Below the pieces are notes generated by a model. It was given only the letters and a program-made list of their open reading frames with translations. It did no database searches and was not told the DNA's origin. DNA of 63,657 nt, filler included, from Dimorphilus gyrociliatus (Eukaryota; Animalia; Annelida): assembly GCA_904063045.1 (NCBI GenBank). It is 5 parts of 5 records of this genome, joined end to end, with 100 filler letters (N's around TTAATTAATTAA, not from the genome) between each part and the next. Parts side by side here need not be neighbours in the genome. Positions count along the whole stretch, not along the records: positions 58,837 to 63,657 come from CAJFCJ010000332.1; 4 more parts are not named here. One strand, 5' to 3'. Below, one piece after another: positions 61,513-63,657 of this stretch. The position numbers and the translations under genes are program-made. The stretch's first letter is position 1. Each line of letters opens with the position of its first letter.

Positions 61513-61740
61513 TTTACTTTCAAGAGACTTGAACTCTTAAATAAGAAAGATAAATTTTTATTTTAATTAATCTTTTAAAAAAATAAAAATATTTACTTTC
61601 AAGAGACTTGAACTCTTAAATAAGAAAAATAAATTTTTATTTTAATTAATCTTTTAAAAAAATAAAAATATTTACTTTCAAGAGACTTGACCTTCAAGTA
61701 AGAAAGATAAATATTTATTTTAATTAATCTTTTAAAAAAT
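61513..61740. repeat. 3 x 79-bp tandem repeat carrying a tRNA T-arm/B-box-like hairpin
   Basis: Units start at 61513, 61592 and 61671. The minus strand reads AAGAG-TTCAAGT-CTCTT in units 1 and 2. Confidence 0.85.
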
Positions 61741-61783
61741 CACGAACTCCTTTTTTTTCTTATAAAAAAAATATAACTAGCCC

Positions 61784-62011
61784 ATGACAACCACACAAAC
61801 AATAACCTTTACTAAAACTAAAAAAAAAAGATTGAAAATAAATAATGTTGAAGAAAAACCACCAACTTTGGTATTAAAACTTAAACTTAGAAAGAAAGTA
61901 AGGTTTACAGAAGATACTGTATTTCATACAAATGTAAGAAAAAGCAAAGTGTGCTGTATTCATAAGATAGGTAATGACAAGAGTGTTAATAAATTTGAGA
62001 GATATAAATAA
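61784..62011 (+). CDS. YPI1: Protein phosphatase 1 inhibitor-3 (Ypi1/PPP1R11)
   Basis: KKVRFTEDTV (RVxF-type motif) and RKSKVCCIHK. CCC immediately precedes the ATG. Confidence 0.85.
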   Translation: MTTTQTITFTKTKKKRLKINNVEEKPPTLVLKLKLRKKVRFTEDTVFHTNVRKSKVCCIHKIGNDKSVNKFERYK

Positions 62012-62142
62012 ACTCTATTTTAATTAAAAAATATAAATAAATGAATTTTTTTTATTATGTTAAATATATATTTTGTATAGACGATTTTATTTAAGGTTGT
62101 TTTTAGTTATTGAGTATAAAATATATATAATTATATTTTGTA

Positions 62143-62155
62143 AGCCTTGTGGCGT

Positions 62156-62191
<36 letters not shown>

Positions 62192-62216
62192 CCCGGTTCA
62201 AGTCCGGGCGAGGGCG
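62143..62216 (+). tRNA. trnN-GUU: tRNA-Asn (GUU), acceptor stem mismatched at positions 1-2
   Basis: TGGCGTAATCGGTTAGCG (A-box/D-arm), TTCGG-CTGTTAA-CCGAA anticodon arm, CCCGG-TTCAAGT-CCGGG T-arm, followed by a T-run terminator. Confidence 0.93.
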
Positions 62217-62660
62217 TTTTTTTAAAATTTCTTTTAAACTAAAATCAATATATTCTAATATTTTCCTATTATCAAGAAAGTTCAAATAATTGTAATTTAC
62301 TTGAAATATTTTCACTACAATCTCATTAAAATATTCGTATTTTGGATATACACACTTATAATCCGTAACATAACAGTATTTTTTAACTAACTCTTCTTCA
62401 CTGTATAATTCATTTCTATAATCCATATCATGTTTAATTCTTTGGTATATTAGATGACTAGTACTAAGTCCTAGTAAATATTTAATAAAAGTTAGTTTCT
62501 CTTTATCATCTAACACGTTTATTTTGTCAAGTATATTTACACCTCTTAGTTCAAGTCTATAAAATTCACTTATCAATATATTTCTATCTATGTTAATGTC
62601 AACTTCGTAATAACAGAATGTTCTAATCTTTAATTTGACAGAAGTCAAGATTTTCTCCAT
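62178..62660 (-). CDS. Hypothetical protein whose last 12 codons and stop run antisense through the tRNA-Asn
   Basis: ORF MEKILTSVKL...KKRPRPDLNREPFG*. No recognised motif. Confidence 0.5.
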
Positions 62661-62985
62661 TTTGTTTCTTAAAATAGGATCACTGTATAATTTTACTAGA
62701 CTGAATAGAAATAACATAATACGGCCAGATTTTAAATTTTTATTTAATAGTTTCAGCTGTCAAATTTTCAATGAGTATTAATTAATTTTTGTGAAATAAA
62801 AAGTTACCTTTTCTGTTTTACAACCCTAAAAAATCAAATAAAAATCTTTTTTATTTAAAAAATAAGACTTACACACTTTTTTTTAGAAAATTATTACAAG
62901 TTGATATTAAATAAACATTAACAATATTCTATTAGAATATTACCTTCAAATATCATTTTATAAATATTCTTTAATTTACAAGCCC

Positions 62986-63657
62986 ATGTCCGATAATGAA
63001 AAAAAATACGAAGACTTTGTAAAAAACGTAAAAAACGAAATAAAATCACCTAAAAAAACACCAACAGTTGATAAAACTTCAATAGAACTAAACAATCTAG
63101 AAAGAGACTTTAACAAAAACTTAGAAGAAAGTAACCCACCTGAGCTACCAAACATACTAAAAACAACAGATTACAATATTTTAGAAGACATTTACAGTAT
63201 TTTATACGAAAAGGACGAAGAAGATGAGCGATTCCTAAAAGTACACAAAAATTTATTAAAAGACGAAACAGCAGAGAATCAAAAGCTATTACAAATGTTG
63301 GGCGAGAAGGAAGTAGATGATGATGTAGACTACATGAATGAATATATAAAATCATTTGAAGTTGAAATCGATGAAAGTGAAATTGTGAAAAGCTGGGACT
63401 TGTTTCCCAAACGTAAGAAATGTTCTGGACTAAGCATTCCAGAAAAGGATGTAAATGATAACAATTTATACAATGAAATATTAGAAAGAGAAGATTCTGA
63501 TGATCTGGTCATAAAAAATGTAGAAAAAGAAAAAATTACGTATCAGTTGGATGGAAATATAGAAGAAGCTAAATATAAGACATTACCTATGAATGATTAT
63601 ATTTTAATAGAATTAAGTGATAAAGCTTATTATACTGAAATATCAAAAAATATAAAA
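62986..63657 (+). CDS. Paf1-like RNA polymerase II-associated factor (3' partial; absent from the ORF track because it has no stop)
   Basis: CCC-ATG and open to the window end. NPPELPNILK, IKSFE, KSWDLFPK and DYILIELSDKAYYTEISKNIK occur in the order of Paf1 motifs (recalled, not aligned). Confidence 0.5.
   Translation, partial: MSDNEKKYEDFVKNVKNEIKSPKKTPTVDKTSIELNNLERDFNKNLEESNPPELPNILKTTDYNILEDIYSILYEKDEEDERFLKVHKNLLKDETAENQKLLQMLGEKEVDDDVDYMNEYIKSFEVEIDESEIVKSWDLFPKRKKCSGLSIPEKDVNDNNLYNEILEREDSDDLVIKNVEKEKITYQLDGNIEEAKYKTLPMNDYILIELSDKAYYTEISKNIK

Noticed and set aside
49823-63657. Giant-virus or prokaryotic origin of contigs 4-5
   Set aside because: No capsid, polymerase, packaging ATPase or Shine-Dalgarno pattern was seen. 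Ypi1, LisH, Paf1-like, Arf and a CCA-less tRNA with a T-run indicate a eukaryote.

Overview
Eukaryotic DNA, not one locus. Five contigs (C1 1-20693, C2 20794-38455, C3 38556-49722, C4 49823-58736, C5 58837-63657) are joined by an artificial 100-nt spacer (N44-TTAATTAATTAA-N44). C1-C3 come from one AT-rich animal genome with short (about 40-70 nt) GT-AG introns; a spiralian/annelid-like source is inferred, not tested. They are tied together by a shared 207-bp Mutator-type MITE with 9-bp TSDs. They encode a GRL101-like LDLa/LRR GPCR, a CBM14-CBM14-TSP1-C1q(x3) secreted protein, a ZYG11/ZER1-like BC-box LRR protein, a NACHT ATPase spliced in frame to a C-terminal caspase, CACHD1, a fucosyltransferase-like protein, an NLR-type LRR remnant, a three-domain gelsolin, an ARM-TIR tandem gene and many Tc1/MULE relics. 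C4-C5 look like a second organism, most likely a microsporidian: intronless, tightly packed, very divergent housekeeping genes (Arf-like, LisH/CTLH, Ypi1, Paf1-like, tRNA-Asn), CCC directly before several ATGs, and IS630/Tc1, Merlin and MULE relics. The top candidates are the NACHT-caspase fusion, the apparent host-plus-microsporidian co-assembly, the ARM-TIR duplication, a stop/start-coupled three-ORF chain ending in a RING protein, and a tRNA-Asn gene with a mismatched acceptor stem. All family assignments are by-eye motif recognition with no database searches, and several genes carry frameshifts or stops that could be consensus errors.
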